Positions 50,365-63,672 of a DNA stretch of 64,000 nt are shown here, one piece after another (position 1 is the first letter of the stretch; each line of letters begins with the position of its first letter). Both the position numbers and the translations under genes were made by a program. This stretch comes from Paraphysomonas bandaiensis (Eukaryota > Protista > Chrysophyceae). The notes beneath the pieces are model-generated. The model was not told where the DNA came from. It did not search any database and was given only the letters and a program-made list of their open reading frames with translations. Where the stretch lies: assembly GCA_965644295.1 (NCBI GenBank), contig CBFFRP010000241.1, positions 124,001 to 188,000 of the forward strand. The letters are read 5' to 3'.

Positions 50365-52887
50365 CTACGGAGACTGAAATGCTGTAGTCTTTTTACGTCT
50401 GAAGCGGCCAGTTCTCTTCACTTTACCTTCTACATTTGAATTAGTACTTTGCATTTGTGAAGTGGTATGTAAAGTACGATCAGAACTGGAGGAAAGTTCG
50501 CTTGTAAGAGCCGAGTGAGTCTTGGTAAAAGTTTTCATACGGTCATAGAGACTTCCATATACTGATGGAAGCGCTTTGCCAATGAGAACAGAGTACCTAT
50601 CGAAGTAGTCGATAGCTGTTTTCATGTCACGAACAGCTCGGATTTGAATAGCTTTATCTGTCAGCTTGCTTCCACAACCACCACTATTGGTGAATGATAC
50701 GGCCAGAGCAAGTGTCTCTTCTTGTATGTTGCCGGGTGTCGCTAGAGGAGTGTCATGATATCCTGTGAGATAGAAGAATATTAGCAACAGATTCAGGTGC
50801 AATAGGTGCATCTCACGCACGCACACACAATAATGTATACCGTACATTCTACAATGTAGCTGGGGATCCACTTACCATTGAGTGTCGTCGTCATATGTTT
50901 TTGAGCCTCTTCAAATATCCCTAGACTCTCTTCTTCACGCCCATTTAACTCCATGCACATCCGGACTGCCAACCTGTCCAACAGCCGCGATCCCTCTTTA
51001 AGAGGGTCAATGCTAATGTAGTCTACACCATAGTATCCAACTCGATGAAGCTCACGCCATATGTCTGCTGCCTGTCAAATGAAATGAGATATCATCAACC
51101 TACCAAGTCATCAACAAATATTCACGTAATGGTATAACACTACACGTATATATCGTCAACAACAACACACTCACAGCTAACATCGACGGAAGAGCGTCAG
51201 CAAAACTGTATCCCGCCTTCTCCTTTGCATCAAACAGAAACTGGTAATATTTGAACTCATAGTATCTTCCTTTTCCGTAGAAACTACCAGAAAGATAGCG
51301 CTGTAACTGTGGTATAAGGCTGTTGCCAACATCTTCAAGCAAGGAAACAACCGTCGCATACTCTTTAGATGCGAGAGAGGATGACTGCGACTGCAATAAT
51401 TCGTAGTTCGAGTTCTTGAAGTCCATAATATCGTACGCTGTACTGATAGTCATACGAAACTTCTCTGCAATGAACAAACGCATGTCTTCGTTCCTCGAAT
51501 GTGTGCTAACGGCCGCGCTGCTGTATAACAGCGCGACCTTTTTAAATGTACTATAGCAGAATTCTAAGCTCTGAGATGCCAATTCATAGTACTCTATGGT
51601 ACTCTGTTCCTCATCTGTTCCTCTATCATCAGGCTGCTTGATGAGGTTTAGAGTTTTACTATGAATTCTGTCCACCTGCTGCCATATACTTCTTAGAGTA
51701 TGATGGGATATCTCTTCACGTATCTCAAATTGAGGCCGGGAGTCTCGTAGTCGCTTTAGTTCTGCGACCCGGTAGCCCTGTAGATCATCGTGGAACTGCT
51801 TTAGCACCGACAGGGAAAGAGATAATTGTCTTGGTACATCTGTCCAACCATATCCGCGAGCAAGTTCTGCATCAAATAGATTGGAGTCCAATTTTCCAGC
51901 AACCATATCGGATACAGCTTCAGGATTACTGTCCGGAAGAACTCTTTCTGTGTAACTATCATGTGCTATACGTGCATTGCAGAGAGTCATCAGTCCCATT
52001 TTGAAAACGTGTTTGCGGTATGTGTTTGTCTCTCCCGCTAAATGAAGTACCTTTTATGTTTATATATAATCAACCAGTAAAATATACGAATATATCCATA
52101 TTCTATTGCTACCTACCTGGTTGTACTCCTGTTGATGAAGCCACGGCGGAAAGTAGCTATTGACTGCGTCTGCACGCAACACTTGAACCTTCTCTTTATC
52201 TGCTTCCGGCAATGATGTGTGCAGGAGCAGTAGTGCAGTTTGATCACTCATACGATCTCTCTCGAAATCATTCCACCACCTCGTCAGGAAGTCTCTGGTC
52301 CATGGCGTGTTACGTACGAGAATATAACCACTATTCGCAAGTGCTGGTGCTCCAGAAATATCTTTCGACATAACAACATCTGCATGGGGGTAGGCTTCAC
52401 CAATAGCTTGCACAGACATACCCATATCCATGACTATGAGATCCGCATCAAGCCATACGACATACTCCGCACTAGATGCACACCCGTCGGCCTCTAAAGC
52501 ATCCAATAATATTTTTACTTTGTTCCAGCGCTGATCCCTTGGCTCAAAGTTATGACCCTTTGATGGTGAGAATATGCTGAAGGCGTAGCTGTTGTGTTCC
52601 GCATACATCGCATTGATGAGAGCCGCATACGCCGCATAGTCAGCTATGTGATCTGAGATATAAGTAACGAGAGACACCTCAGAAGAGACACTGACAGAGA
52701 GAGACTCCATCCGTTCATTGGTACACTCTAGTAAACTCTCAGTGTTATCAATATGGTGACAGCAGGAGTGTGTGTGGTTCATGTATATGTGAGCTGGTTG
52801 GTCTCGTGGATGAGAGACGATCTGACCAACACAGCAACACACACACACACACACACACAACATCCTTAGAGTCCAACACCTCATCAT
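50365..52887 (-). CDS. GT34/MNN10-like glycosyltransferase with helical C-terminal extension (4 exons)
   Basis: RWNKVKIL, YVVWLDAD (DxD), NSGYILVRNT.W...FL..WW, DQ.AL, spliced VLHLAG; introns 52116-52051, 51174-51072 and 50875-50763. Confidence 0.8.
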
Positions 52888-53190
52888 CACTACTGCTAAC
52901 ACACGCACTAACAAGTAGAAGTCATGGGCCTGCAGGTGTCCAGCTGTCCTCCTCTCTGTCTCTGTCTCTGTCTCTGTCTCTGTCTCTACTCAGAGATATG
53001 TGGGGAGATAGCAGGCATGCATATGCCTATATATACATACACATATATGTATAGATAGAATACAGCAGTATATATATAGGTATACGTATACTGTACTGTC
53101 CTCTCTCTATGTATATACTGTACTGTCCTCGGTATACAGTATTCTGCTGTCGGATATACGGCCGTTAGGCTGTGATGTATGTGTGTACAG

Positions 53191-53302
53191 CAGTATCTTA
53201 TTTTTCGGGAATACATTGAAGCAAAAATCCTCTATATTACATACACATAACTACGGCTGGAATACAGATAATTGTTGTCTCAATATTAGACGCATCTTGT
53301 AC
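53191..53302. repeat. ~110-bp upstream element, copy 2
   Basis: Aligns with 9268-9380 in the same orientation. Confidence 0.8.
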
Positions 53303-55079
53303 ATATAGCAGCGTATAGTGCACTGTGCATGAGGGGCTTCAAGAACTAGATCTGGAACAAGAACAAGCAGAAGATGTGGATGCAGCCTGCTGCTGATGAT
53401 GATGATAAGATACGGAGATATGAAGCAGGCTCTGAGGATGTCATCCTTCCGCCTGAAAGCATTCGATGTGACGTAGTGGCCTGTGTGTGTCTTATGATTC
53501 CGTTATTCGAGGCAACTCCTCCCATATGCGAGCACTTGCAGTGGACACAGTTCAATTGACGACACTCCGTCTCCATCATAGCGATCGTTCTCCCGCCGTA
53601 TCTTCATGGTGAGCAGATCGCCGTATATGTTGCTCTATCGTTCTCTCGCCCTTTGCTCAGGCCACTATATGCCCATACTATCACCGTATAGGCAACGCTT
53701 GTTATATAGACAACACGTCGCCTCTTCTTCTTATTACAGTAAATAGAGAAGACCTCTGCTTGCTCGATATCATCATCTTCATCACTATCATCATCCCTGG
53801 CAACCACTTCAAGCGTGATAATGATATACAGCACTGCTGTTGTATATATCTTAAAACTTCAAGTCCCTCATATTCTTATTAAATTAATGATTAATCTGTC
53901 AATTCATCATTGTTAAAATATGTTACTCCACACACCATTGTCATATATGTATTATCATTTAATATTTTTTACTTTTTACCTGATCTGGGTATATGGAGGA
54001 TGTGGGTAATCTGGGGATGAGAACCCAACATTTCATGATATTTTCTTACCCATTATCCTAAACCAACAGTGGCTAAGGCTTTAGCAGTAGGTAAAGCCGT
54101 TTTTTACCAGATTATTGTCCGCTGCGTTTATTACCTGAACCAGCATTGAGCGTAGAGATACAGAGACAGGATGTGGATTCAAATATACAACTATATGTCA
54201 GTCATTCAGTGCTAGATTTAGGTTTATTTAGCGCGCTAATACCCTAAAGCAAACTATTTACAAACGTGGGGATGATTTTCAAATTTGGGACTTTTTAGTT
54301 AAAGTCATATTATACGAGTATTTTTAATAATAATATTCCCAATTAATGTTATTCGAGTGGTTTGCAAGAAGTATCCTTATAATAAAACATTACAATATGA
54401 TAGAATTTATTCTCTGCGTCAAGTAAGTTCACCTACAACTTCTGGGGCTGAACCTGCTGCACCAGTACATTTCCATAGGTACAACTTCTACTTCATAACT
54501 ACCACAGATTCTAGTGACCCATTTTCCTGACGGTTTTGGTCGAGGTTTCAGCAACGCTTGTTTCATTTCTTCAATAACTTCACCGTCTATGGTCTATTCA
54601 TCATACTGCTCTACATATATATATTACCCACATTGAACTTTGTATTTGAGTCGTATACTCAATGCTGCGGTCTACTTATAGTGATAAACGTATTATTTTA
54701 TACATTTGAATGTATAGCAACAAGAGGTAGATTAAACTCCTTTTTTTCTAGTTGTCAAATAGCACAAAAAGTCATCTGCTGGTTAATACGTGCTCTGTCT
54801 CAGCCAGGATGAGCACTTTCACCAACCCTATCACTCTGGCAAGTTTTCTTTGATAAACTCTTTTTGCCTTCATCCCTAATGAGCTTTGCTAACTGTCCAT
54901 TAAGAGCTGTAATTCGCGCATGGGCCCCAGGCTTGCGTAACTATTAATTGTCAAGTAATGACAGACGTTCAACAATAAGGATTGCAATTATCAGTCTAGC
55001 ATCCAATTGACACACAGCTATTAGTTGCCTTCAATTCTATTTGATAGATTTTAGAATAACTATCTGAACTACTATAACC

Positions 55080-55480
55080 GCATCCCAAAGATGCCGATTT
55101 TTACGAATCACATCAACATTTCAAGGTGTCTAGGCGTCACACGCTTGCGAAAGTCAGTCATAACGATTTTAGCTCTTCTAAACAACTTCTCACAAACATT
55201 GGTAGTGCTATACAAATGCTTCATCATCATGCAACGATATCGTGTTTGCAGTTTGATGTGTGTTTTTTGCGCTTTTTTGTCTTTAAGTAAACGAATGGCC
55301 TCGTCTTTCTCATCATCATTTTTCTCTTCATTGAGTTCAATTTTGCGTGCAGGTACATTATTTATTAAAAAGAGTCGCACCTGTGCTTTTTCACTATATA
55401 TATAATTATGTTAGCAAATTAATTGGCAATGTGTACCAATCTTTGAGTTCTATGAGGGCTAAATACGTGAGAACATTAGA
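55080..55480 (-). pseudogene. Fossil hAT-like transposase C-terminus
   Basis: YRC...HLYSTTNVCEKLFRRAKIVMTDFRKRVTPRHLEMLM, then stop/frameshift into NRHLW. Confidence 0.75.
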
Positions 55481-55978
55481 GCCGAAAGTTAACTCAAAAG
55501 GAGAATAACGATTCTTCAATGGCCTCATAATTCAGAATAAACTGAACACTAGGTGCTCAACTCGATTCCTCAAAGATATTTTATTCCGCACACAGTAATT
55601 TTATACTTGAACTAGTCGAGTTTAGGAACAGCTCTCGCCTTGAGAAGATGAGGGATTCTGAGGTGAGATTGTGGTAACTATTTGATCCTTCGTGACTACT
55701 GAAAAGTGTGAAAAATGTTTGTCCTCATGATATGGATTATATCCGGGAGTTTTAAGCTCCCAGCTGAAGTTAAACTTTATTAACAATAATTTATCGCCAC
55801 AACACACAAGCTTGATTTGGATCGCGTTTTTTCCTAATAAAAACTTTTCCGGTACTTAACCCTCACAACACCAGGGAGTCTTTCTTGAATATGTGCACTA
55901 TTAACTACAGTAGATATTGTGCAAAAGTGCAAACGTTCGAAATTTTTTGAAATTTCAATTTTACAAAAACACTGGATG

Positions 55979-58900
55979 TGTTGAGATCTGAAGATTCTAT
56001 ATACTTGCAATTGAGTGCAGTATTATGTGAGATGCAAGGATCGAAAGATATATATGTAATTAGTACATTATATTATGTAGTATGAAACTGAAGTAGAAGT
56101 GGATGACTATACAGGATACGATCACTGAGTGGGTGGTTTGTACACTATAGTAGTAAATGAATGGTGTTGAACACATCGAACACAACTTAGGTTCTTTATC
56201 ATGTAATGTTTATAATTTCATCTTATCAGTTGAGAATAGTAAACCTTAGCAAATAATGTCAACTTCTGTTATGGTAGCGAGTGATAGTTGTAGGGATGGG
56301 GAAGATGACAAGAAGCTACGGTTTGACAAGAACCAAGCAGACTATTCAGCGAGAAAAATCAAGATGCATCTAATGAAGAAAAACCGAAACCATCTTGGCT
56401 TGGAGGACCCGCCAGCCGGAGGAAGGAATTTAGAGTCATGGAGAGAGCGTAATGATACCTGTGTTAGTACTATTTGGGAGGCTTGCGAGCATGACCCTGA
56501 TGTGTTGGAGGTAGCCAATCAATATTTGGAGGGGAAGGCAATTTTACCTGCTGATGATCCTGCTAAGGAGGTGTTATCCAGTGAGCTCCTTCAGACACTG
56601 GTTGATAGGTTCAGAGGCGAGATTGGGACTGTATTGGAGAAGACTACGGCAGAATACCATTCGTTCAAAATAAGGCCGGGGGAAAAGGTGTCTGTTGGGG
56701 TAGATCGACTGAACGGTATAATCCAGAAGCTCATAAAATTGGGACAACCGCAGACAGAGGCAAGTAAATTAGCAAAGATAAAAGCAGCGCTGCAGATAGA
56801 GGAATTACATGATTTATGGATGTCGGTAGCGATGATGCCTAAAGCAACAACTACATTTGATTCGGTGAAAGAGGCTTGTGAAGAGTATGACGAGGCTATG
56901 ACGCAGCTGAAGAAACTAAAGGGAGACAAATCTGAAGAGATCAATTTTACGGCGTCGAAGGAGCCAGTGGTTTGTTCATTTTGTCGGAAGAAGGGACATG
57001 TAGCAGCGAATTGTTATGCTAAGGAACGACAAAGAAAAATGGATAAGTTCAAAAGAAAAGGGAAGACAAAGGAAAAGGCTTCGAAGAGTGTGCAGCAGCC
57101 AGGATCAAAGGATTATACTGGTTGTCATATCTGTGGAGATTTCAGTCATAAAGCCCGACAGTGCAAGTCGAAAAAACGGAAGAACATAAAAAACCCGGAT
57201 AATGAGAATCCTCGAAAATCGAACAGGAAATTCGAGACAGAATGGAAGAAATACGTCAACGACGGAGAGTCGTCGGATGATGAAGCGAATATGTTTGGAG
57301 AAGAGGTTTTGCTATCGGTGGATACGTCGGAAGAACCTCGTGTATATCTGGACAGTTGTGCAAGTAAAAGACTGTTTATAGTAAAGGATAAAATTGCACT
57401 GGAGTCATTTACTCCTGAGTTTGGGGCAATCCAACTAACTAGAAAGGGTTCTCAATTGGAGACACAGGGAGCTGGTACATTCGGGGAATGGAGAGACATC
57501 AGAGTTAGTGAAGAAGCGGTGAAGAACATTGTGTCAGGAGGGATGCTGAGATCAATGGGATACGGATTACAACTGCTTCGAAAGCCTAAAATCGTGGAAT
57601 TGGACTCTGGAAACGAGGTGTTGACTGGAGAGTACGATGAGCATGGAGGAATGCCGTATGTGGACTTGATGGAGGTGTTAAATCTGCCAAATGTGTCTAT
57701 GTGCAATCAGATGGAGGAGGTAAATTTGTCGGATAATACAGGACAAGATGCGTTGGATCGCTTACATGAGCGTACTGGACATGTCTCGAAATCGAAGTTA
57801 ATAGAAGCTCACCGACACATGTTATTCAGAGGATCAGGACTACAACGACATCACCTTTCGAAGGCAAAGGAGAAGAGTTGCAAGAAACCCCTGTGTAAAT
57901 GGTGTGCCAAGGCGAAGATAACCAGGCATTCGTTCAAATCACGGGACAACGAAGAGCTAAGCGCAGTCAGGTTCCTGGAAAGAGTAACAGCGGACATCTC
58001 CGTCTATCTCAATTGTGAATCCAGACAAGGGTATAAGTACGTGCTCCTATTTACGGACTTAGCAACAAAGATGATATGGGAATATGGATTGAGGACTCGA
58101 AGCGGAGAGGAGGTGTTCAAATGTCTACGACACTTGTGCGAGGTCCACTTAGTGAAGTACGAGGGGTGGAACCGTATAGTGGAGTATCATGCCGATGGAG
58201 GATCCGAACTTATTAGTCAGCAGATAAGAGAGTATCTGTTGCAGCGATATGGGACTCGGGTGTCACATACAACACGAGACACGCCAGAGCTCAACGCGGT
58301 GTCTGAGAGGAAATTCCGAACAATTGGGGAGATGACACTGACGATGTTGACGGCATCTGGACTTCCAAAGTCGTTCTGGTTTGATGCTTATCAAACTGCA
58401 TGTTACATTGTGCGACGAATGCCAACTCGGACGTGGCAAGGATGGATGTCTCCATATGAGTGTGTCCCAGGGGGGAGCGTTCCCAGCCTATCGTGGCTAC
58501 GGAAATGGGGGTGCAAAGCATATGTGCTAACACCCAAGGCCGACAGGAGGAAGGACTGGGAGGACAAAGCAATGACAGGTTATTTCATAGGGTATCCAGC
58601 TGATCGAAAAGGATACAAGGTGCTAGTGGGGGACACCGTAGTACACTCTGTACATGTATTATTTGATGAATCGGTACCTGAGAGGTCTCAGGATTATTAT
58701 AGAGAGCTGGAGGAGGCTCAAGTGGCTATAGATCCCGAGGCTCGTCAACCGGGTGAGTTTGAGTATCTTATCGGAAAGCACCATGAGGATGGTGGTCTGC
58801 TATACAAGACTAACAGAGTGGTGATAAGGAAGGGACTTATTGTGGGATACCGGTCGTTGGTTACTGGTAACCAGGTTCAAGTGGAGGATAAAACTCCTAT

Positions 58901-61272
58901 TCATATTGCTGACATCAAGAAGATGACAGAGGATCTTGCGCAGAGGGTGGTTAGGGCCAGAGTTACTGACAACCGTGACGGCGGTATCAGCGGAGTGGTG
59001 CCACAGCAGTCGGAAAGTGGGCAGGTGCAGCCCCAGGCTGACTCAGCATTACCTTCGGGGGAAGGGACCCCTGCCGAGAATCATCCGCACGGCAAACGCG
59101 CAAGAACTCCAAGGACGGTAACGAATGTGTCGGTGTTAGGACAAATCCATCATTTGAGTGATGAGAGTGATGTGAGTGACCTTTTACAGGAGGCAGACTC
59201 AGTGTGGATGTCAGCGGAAGAGTCGACAGTGCCTCAGACACATCGTGAGTCCTTGGAGAGTGCCGAGCACAGGGAGTGGAGACGAGCTCGCCGTGTAGAG
59301 CGAGAGGGTTTGGCGAAGCGAGATATCATGGAGGTGACTCGTATACCGGACGGAGTCGTCCCACTGCACTCCAAGTACGTCTATGGAAAGAAGTACGATA
59401 AGGAGGGAGAGGTCCGCCGATATAAGGCTCGTCTTGTAGCAATCGGTTGTGGACAGCAGTCGAGTGGTTGGGCGAACCATTTCGCACCCGTTGTTAAGGG
59501 GGTAACAGTGCGACTGTTAATCGCCATAGCTTTCGTGATGAACATGGTAATTCATCAACTGGATGTGTCTAACGCATTTCTATATGCAGATATAGAGGGG
59601 GATGTATATATGAAGGCAACTCCGGACTTTCAGCTGCCTGAGGGGTACTGCTTTAAGTTGAAGAAGTCGTTATACGGGCTTCGGAGTTCCCCGCGGTCGT
59701 GGTGGAAAACATTGGATAAATTCATACGATCTATGCATTTTAAACCATGTGTATTAGACCCGTGTTTGTATTATCAGTATAAGGGCGATGAATTGATATT
59801 ATTAACGATATATGTGGATGATATCCTAGTGTTAGGTCGTGATGTCAACATAGTGAAGGATATTAAAGCTCAACTGTGTGCCCGGTTTGATATGAAGGAT
59901 ATGGGCGAGATGGAACATTTTCTGAATGTTCGAGTCACAAGAACGCCAGAGTATATTCGTCTTGACCAATCAGTATATGCGGCTAAGATCTTAGAAAAGT
60001 TTGAAAAGTATCTTGGGTCACCGCGAAAGGTACGGAAGAGTCCTCTACCGGCGGAAGCAATGGATTTAGTGGCAAAAGGGGCGCGGCATGAGCATACCGA
60101 GGAGGAACAGCTTATAGTAGATAACTTCCCATATCGGCCGCTGATAGGTGCATTACTATATCTATCGATGAACACGAGGCCGGATATTGCCTATGCAGTG
60201 GGAGTACTGTCTCGGTTCAGTAATAAGGTGAATATTGAAGTATGCAAGCTATTAACACATGTATGGCAATATATTCGTGGTTCTATTGACAAAGGGATTC
60301 AATATGGGAGTAGACGGTTCGACTTCCATATGTTTACTGACGCGGATTGGGCGGGAGATCAGCTCTCCAGGAAGTCCACGTCGGGGTACGTTGGGTTTGC
60401 AGCGGGAGGGCCTATAGTCTGGCAGTCCAAACTGCAGACGACAGTGGCAACGTCAAGCATGCAGTCTGAGTATCAGTGTATTTACTCGGGTCTCCAAGAA
60501 GTGCTATGGGTTCGGGGGGTGACGGGTGAGATTAAGTTGAGGCTCATCAAACCCACACCATTCTTCATCGACAGTCAGAGTGCCCAGGATTTGGCCGAAA
60601 ACCCAGTGTTTCACAAGAAGTCGAAGCACATTGAGATTAAGTATCACATGGTGAGAGAGCACGTGGATCCCAATCAGTTCAATACGATTAAGTTAGTGCA
60701 TGTGCATACATCGCAACAAGCAGCAGATATTTATACAAAGTCATTGGTTGGTTTATCATATATGGAGCAGAGAAAGAGAAATCTTGGAGAGAAAGTTAAG
60801 AGTTCCACTGAAGTGATTAATGAGGGACCAAGGGATAAACGAAGGCGCAAGTAGGTACTGAGTTTTTTAGACAGAGGTTTAGACTTAGAGATGAGTCTAT
60901 TTTACTGTCAAGAATTTTTTTATCTCAGGCATTCAATAGCTGGGAGGCGTCATAAGTACAACACTCAATTGAGGGGGAGTGTTGAGATCTGAAGATTCTA
61001 TATACTTGCAATTGAGTGCAGTATTATGTGAGATGCAAGGATCGAAAGATATATATGTAATTAGTACATTATATTATGTAGTATGAAACTGAAGTAGAAG
61101 TGGATGACTATACAGGATACGATCACTGAGTGGGTGGTTTGTACACTATAGTAGTAAATGAATGGTGTTGAACACATCGAACACAACTTAGGTTCTTTAT
61201 CATGTAATGTTTATAATTTCGTCTTATCAGTTGAGAATAGTAAACCTTAGCAAATAATGTCAACTTCTGTTA
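55979..61272 (+). mobile_element. Ty1/copia LTR retrotransposon 2 (full length, intact)
   Basis: 293-bp LTRs 55979-56271 and 60980-61272 (one visible mismatch, 56220 A / 61221 G); 5-bp TSD ggatg; PBS TGGTAGCGAG; PPT GAGGGGGAG. Confidence 0.97.
56256..60854 (+). CDS. Copia gag-pol polyprotein, 1532 aa, uninterrupted
   Basis: CCHC knuckles CSFCRKKGHVAANC and CHICGDFSHKARQC, LDSCAS, integrase, YVDD, DADWAG, KHIEIKYH. Confidence 0.95.
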   Translation: MSTSVMVASDSCRDGEDDKKLRFDKNQADYSARKIKMHLMKKNRNHLGLEDPPAGGRNLESWRERNDTCVSTIWEACEHDPDVLEVANQYLEGKAILPADDPAKEVLSSELLQTLVDRFRGEIGTVLEKTTAEYHSFKIRPGEKVSVGVDRLNGIIQKLIKLGQPQTEASKLAKIKAALQIEELHDLWMSVAMMPKATTTFDSVKEACEEYDEAMTQLKKLKGDKSEEINFTASKEPVVCSFCRKKGHVAANCYAKERQRKMDKFKRKGKTKEKASKSVQQPGSKDYTGCHICGDFSHKARQCKSKKRKNIKNPDNENPRKSNRKFETEWKKYVNDGESSDDEANMFGEEVLLSVDTSEEPRVYLDSCASKRLFIVKDKIALESFTPEFGAIQLTRKGSQLETQGAGTFGEWRDIRVSEEAVKNIVSGGMLRSMGYGLQLLRKPKIVELDSGNEVLTGEYDEHGGMPYVDLMEVLNLPNVSMCNQMEEVNLSDNTGQDALDRLHERTGHVSKSKLIEAHRHMLFRGSGLQRHHLSKAKEKSCKKPLCKWCAKAKITRHSFKSRDNEELSAVRFLERVTADISVYLNCESRQGYKYVLLFTDLATKMIWEYGLRTRSGEEVFKCLRHLCEVHLVKYEGWNRIVEYHADGGSELISQQIREYLLQRYGTRVSHTTRDTPELNAVSERKFRTIGEMTLTMLTASGLPKSFWFDAYQTACYIVRRMPTRTWQGWMSPYECVPGGSVPSLSWLRKWGCKAYVLTPKADRRKDWEDKAMTGYFIGYPADRKGYKVLVGDTVVHSVHVLFDESVPERSQDYYRELEEAQVAIDPEARQPGEFEYLIGKHHEDGGLLYKTNRVVIRKGLIVGYRSLVTGNQVQVEDKTPIHIADIKKMTEDLAQRVVRARVTDNRDGGISGVVPQQSESGQVQPQADSALPSGEGTPAENHPHGKRARTPRTVTNVSVLGQIHHLSDESDVSDLLQEADSVWMSAEESTVPQTHRESLESAEHREWRRARRVEREGLAKRDIMEVTRIPDGVVPLHSKYVYGKKYDKEGEVRRYKARLVAIGCGQQSSGWANHFAPVVKGVTVRLLIAIAFVMNMVIHQLDVSNAFLYADIEGDVYMKATPDFQLPEGYCFKLKKSLYGLRSSPRSWWKTLDKFIRSMHFKPCVLDPCLYYQYKGDELILLTIYVDDILVLGRDVNIVKDIKAQLCARFDMKDMGEMEHFLNVRVTRTPEYIRLDQSVYAAKILEKFEKYLGSPRKVRKSPLPAEAMDLVAKGARHEHTEEEQLIVDNFPYRPLIGALLYLSMNTRPDIAYAVGVLSRFSNKVNIEVCKLLTHVWQYIRGSIDKGIQYGSRRFDFHMFTDADWAGDQLSRKSTSGYVGFAAGGPIVWQSKLQTTVATSSMQSEYQCIYSGLQEVLWVRGVTGEIKLRLIKPTPFFIDSQSAQDLAENPVFHKKSKHIEIKYHMVREHVDPNQFNTIKLVHVHTSQQAADIYTKSLVGLSYMEQRKRNLGEKVKSSTEVINEGPRDKRRRK

Positions 61273-61923
61273 GGATGCTTACATGTTTACGGATAATATG
61301 CTAGAAACTAGAAATACGCATGAAGAAGGTATCCCGGAGCTAAAGTTTTATCTAATAGACCACAGTGGCCTATTCTTTCCAGTATTGTAAGAGAAGGTAT
61401 GTTTTAACAAGTTTATCGAGTGGGAGGGAGTGAAGAAAATGGCCCCTCATTTACCCACCTTTTAAGCAAAGCAATGAATGAATTATAGTGTACGGCATGT
61501 ATGATATATGAATGCTACGACGCAGCATAGTATTATTTCTGCTGAGCATAATTACACGGTTCTATCATATATATACCCATGAGTTTCATATCTTTCTCTA
61601 CAGTATGGTGAGGTTCAGTGTCCGATTGCAAAGTTTTGTGCCATGAGAACACAAGACGTACGACAAATTTTATTATTCTACATAAAAGGTGCAATATCAC
61701 ACTAACACGAAAGTGCTAAAAATCGGAGGTTAAACAGCACCACGCTACTTTACAGCTAATATACCTAAGTATACATTACATCCAGCAGATCTCTCTCAGC
61801 CAGGCGCAGCGTCTAATTCACAACACGTGTAACCACACAAATCGCCCGTCAAGGAGTTAAAACATAGCACTCTATACCAAGCGCGCTACATACCAGGCCG
61901 TATATGCCTAACAATAGGAAGTG

Positions 61924-63672
61924 TCACAGTGAGGTCGCTCTTGTATCGTTACTTTTAATTTGTTTCTCTAACTTCGCAAATTTCTCAATCGGAGAGGCCT
62001 TGAAGCTTTTAGTCCGTGTAACTAAGTGCCGCTCCGCAGCCGATAGAACATATTGGGGAGACAGTGGAGGTGCCCGAGCTTCTGATACCATCGAAGACTG
62101 GGTCGAAACAGTCAGGTTAGGCTTCGTTGCCGTCTTCGAAGTAAGCTTACTTGTCAGCTGAGTTCCAGTCTGAGTCTGGGCCTTTAAAGGAGACTTAAGT
62201 TGCAATAGGGTTGTTGAGGTCAGGTCGCTTGCGCCACTGTCACGTCGACCCCTAGACTTGTCGATGGGTGGAGTTGTCAGCCGGTCCCCTGGGCGGGTGG
62301 CACGACTTCCATGCGTACGGCTGAAATTGAATATATAACCCCCATTACTATGCTTCGTCCAACGCGATGAAGATACGCTACTCATGTCTGTACTCTGTCC
62401 GGAGCTCCAACGACTGCCCCCGACAATCAAAGGAACAAGCTCCGGTGTATACTCCCCGATTCCTGGGGTAATGCTACGATGGGCCGAATTCGGACCAAAG
62501 AAGTCTGTTTCCCGACAGCGTGAAGGCGGCCTAAACAAAAGATTTACATATGAGGATCAGAGAAAAATTCATAATGAGATATATTGTGTGATCTCAATGC
62601 GTCGCAACATACCGCTTCAATCCAACAAGGGTATCCGTGTCAGTCGTTTCTTGAACCTCTAAATCTTCCTGCACTCTCTTGGAGTAATTGAAAGCAGACA
62701 TGTCGATTGTGTTCGCTCTACATTTTCAAAAATGTTACACAATTAAACACTCGAAAAAAGTATATGGCTGTCAGGCATGCAGAGACAAGGTGACAAAAAA
62801 GTCATATAGCATCCAGAAATGGCATGTATGTGAATTCCAAAATATTCAAATGTATAGAAACCAATGGCTGATATAAAGTCAAGCAGCGTATGAACTGATG
62901 CGAACAGTATCCATGACAATCATTCCTACCTTTTATCAGAACCGAAATCCCAATCTGCGTCCGACCGGTAGAATGTAGGAGCTTCCTGTATCTTCTGGGG
63001 AACTTGGTGGGGTTTTCTTCCCGTTGAATTGAATGCAGGCTTCTTGCTTTGTGGATACCTCGAAGCGTGCAAACTGGCCGCCGAGGTGGTAAGGAGTAGT
63101 TCCTCTTTTAGGGCATACAGGCGCTCTGTCAAAAGATCTATCTCTTCCTGCATATCTCTTTCTTCTTTGCTTATCTTCCCTGTAGAGCTCATAGCCGCCG
63201 CCTGTCGCACTTTTTTTTTCAGGACTTTTATTTTCCATTGCGTGACACCGAGAATATTTCGTAGATAGCTCTCCCGGGAAGATTTTTCAACGTCGTAGGA
63301 GCCCGGAGGAGGGACGCTGAGGTCGCTTGGCGCCCATAGTCTGTTACTTTCTGACATCGCCCGTCCAGCAGACCCAAAAGAGTGTGTTGGTCCCCCTGGG
63401 CGAAAATTCATATCTATAACAGCAATTATAGAAATCCCAGTAAGATAATAACCAGCTATACCTGAGTAGGATCCGGGACCGGGAGTTATGGCACCCGTAC
63501 CGGAATAATAATTCACATTATGAGACTGTTCGCCGGGTTTCTCCACTTGAAAACAACGTGACGATCGAGACAGAGTGTTTTCAATGCTTCCTTTCATTGA
63601 ACTACCCGACATAGACCCCCAGTGGTCATACGTCCGCCACTCCAGTTCAGTTTCAGCGGTATTGGAATACAT
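61924..63672 (-). CDS. ODF3/SHIPPO-like PG-rich repeat (STPGR) protein, spliced; 5' end uncertain
   Basis: TPGPGSY, PPPGSYD and TPGIGEY repeats across GT-AG-bounded exons. Confidence 0.6.

Noticed and set aside
53346-55000. Short ORFs and coding-like patches
   Set aside because: No recognisable motifs or consistent splice model; probably decayed sequence
62076-62092. Met-tRNA PBS-like sequence (tctgatacca)
   Set aside because: Inside a coding exon with no adjacent LTR; chance match
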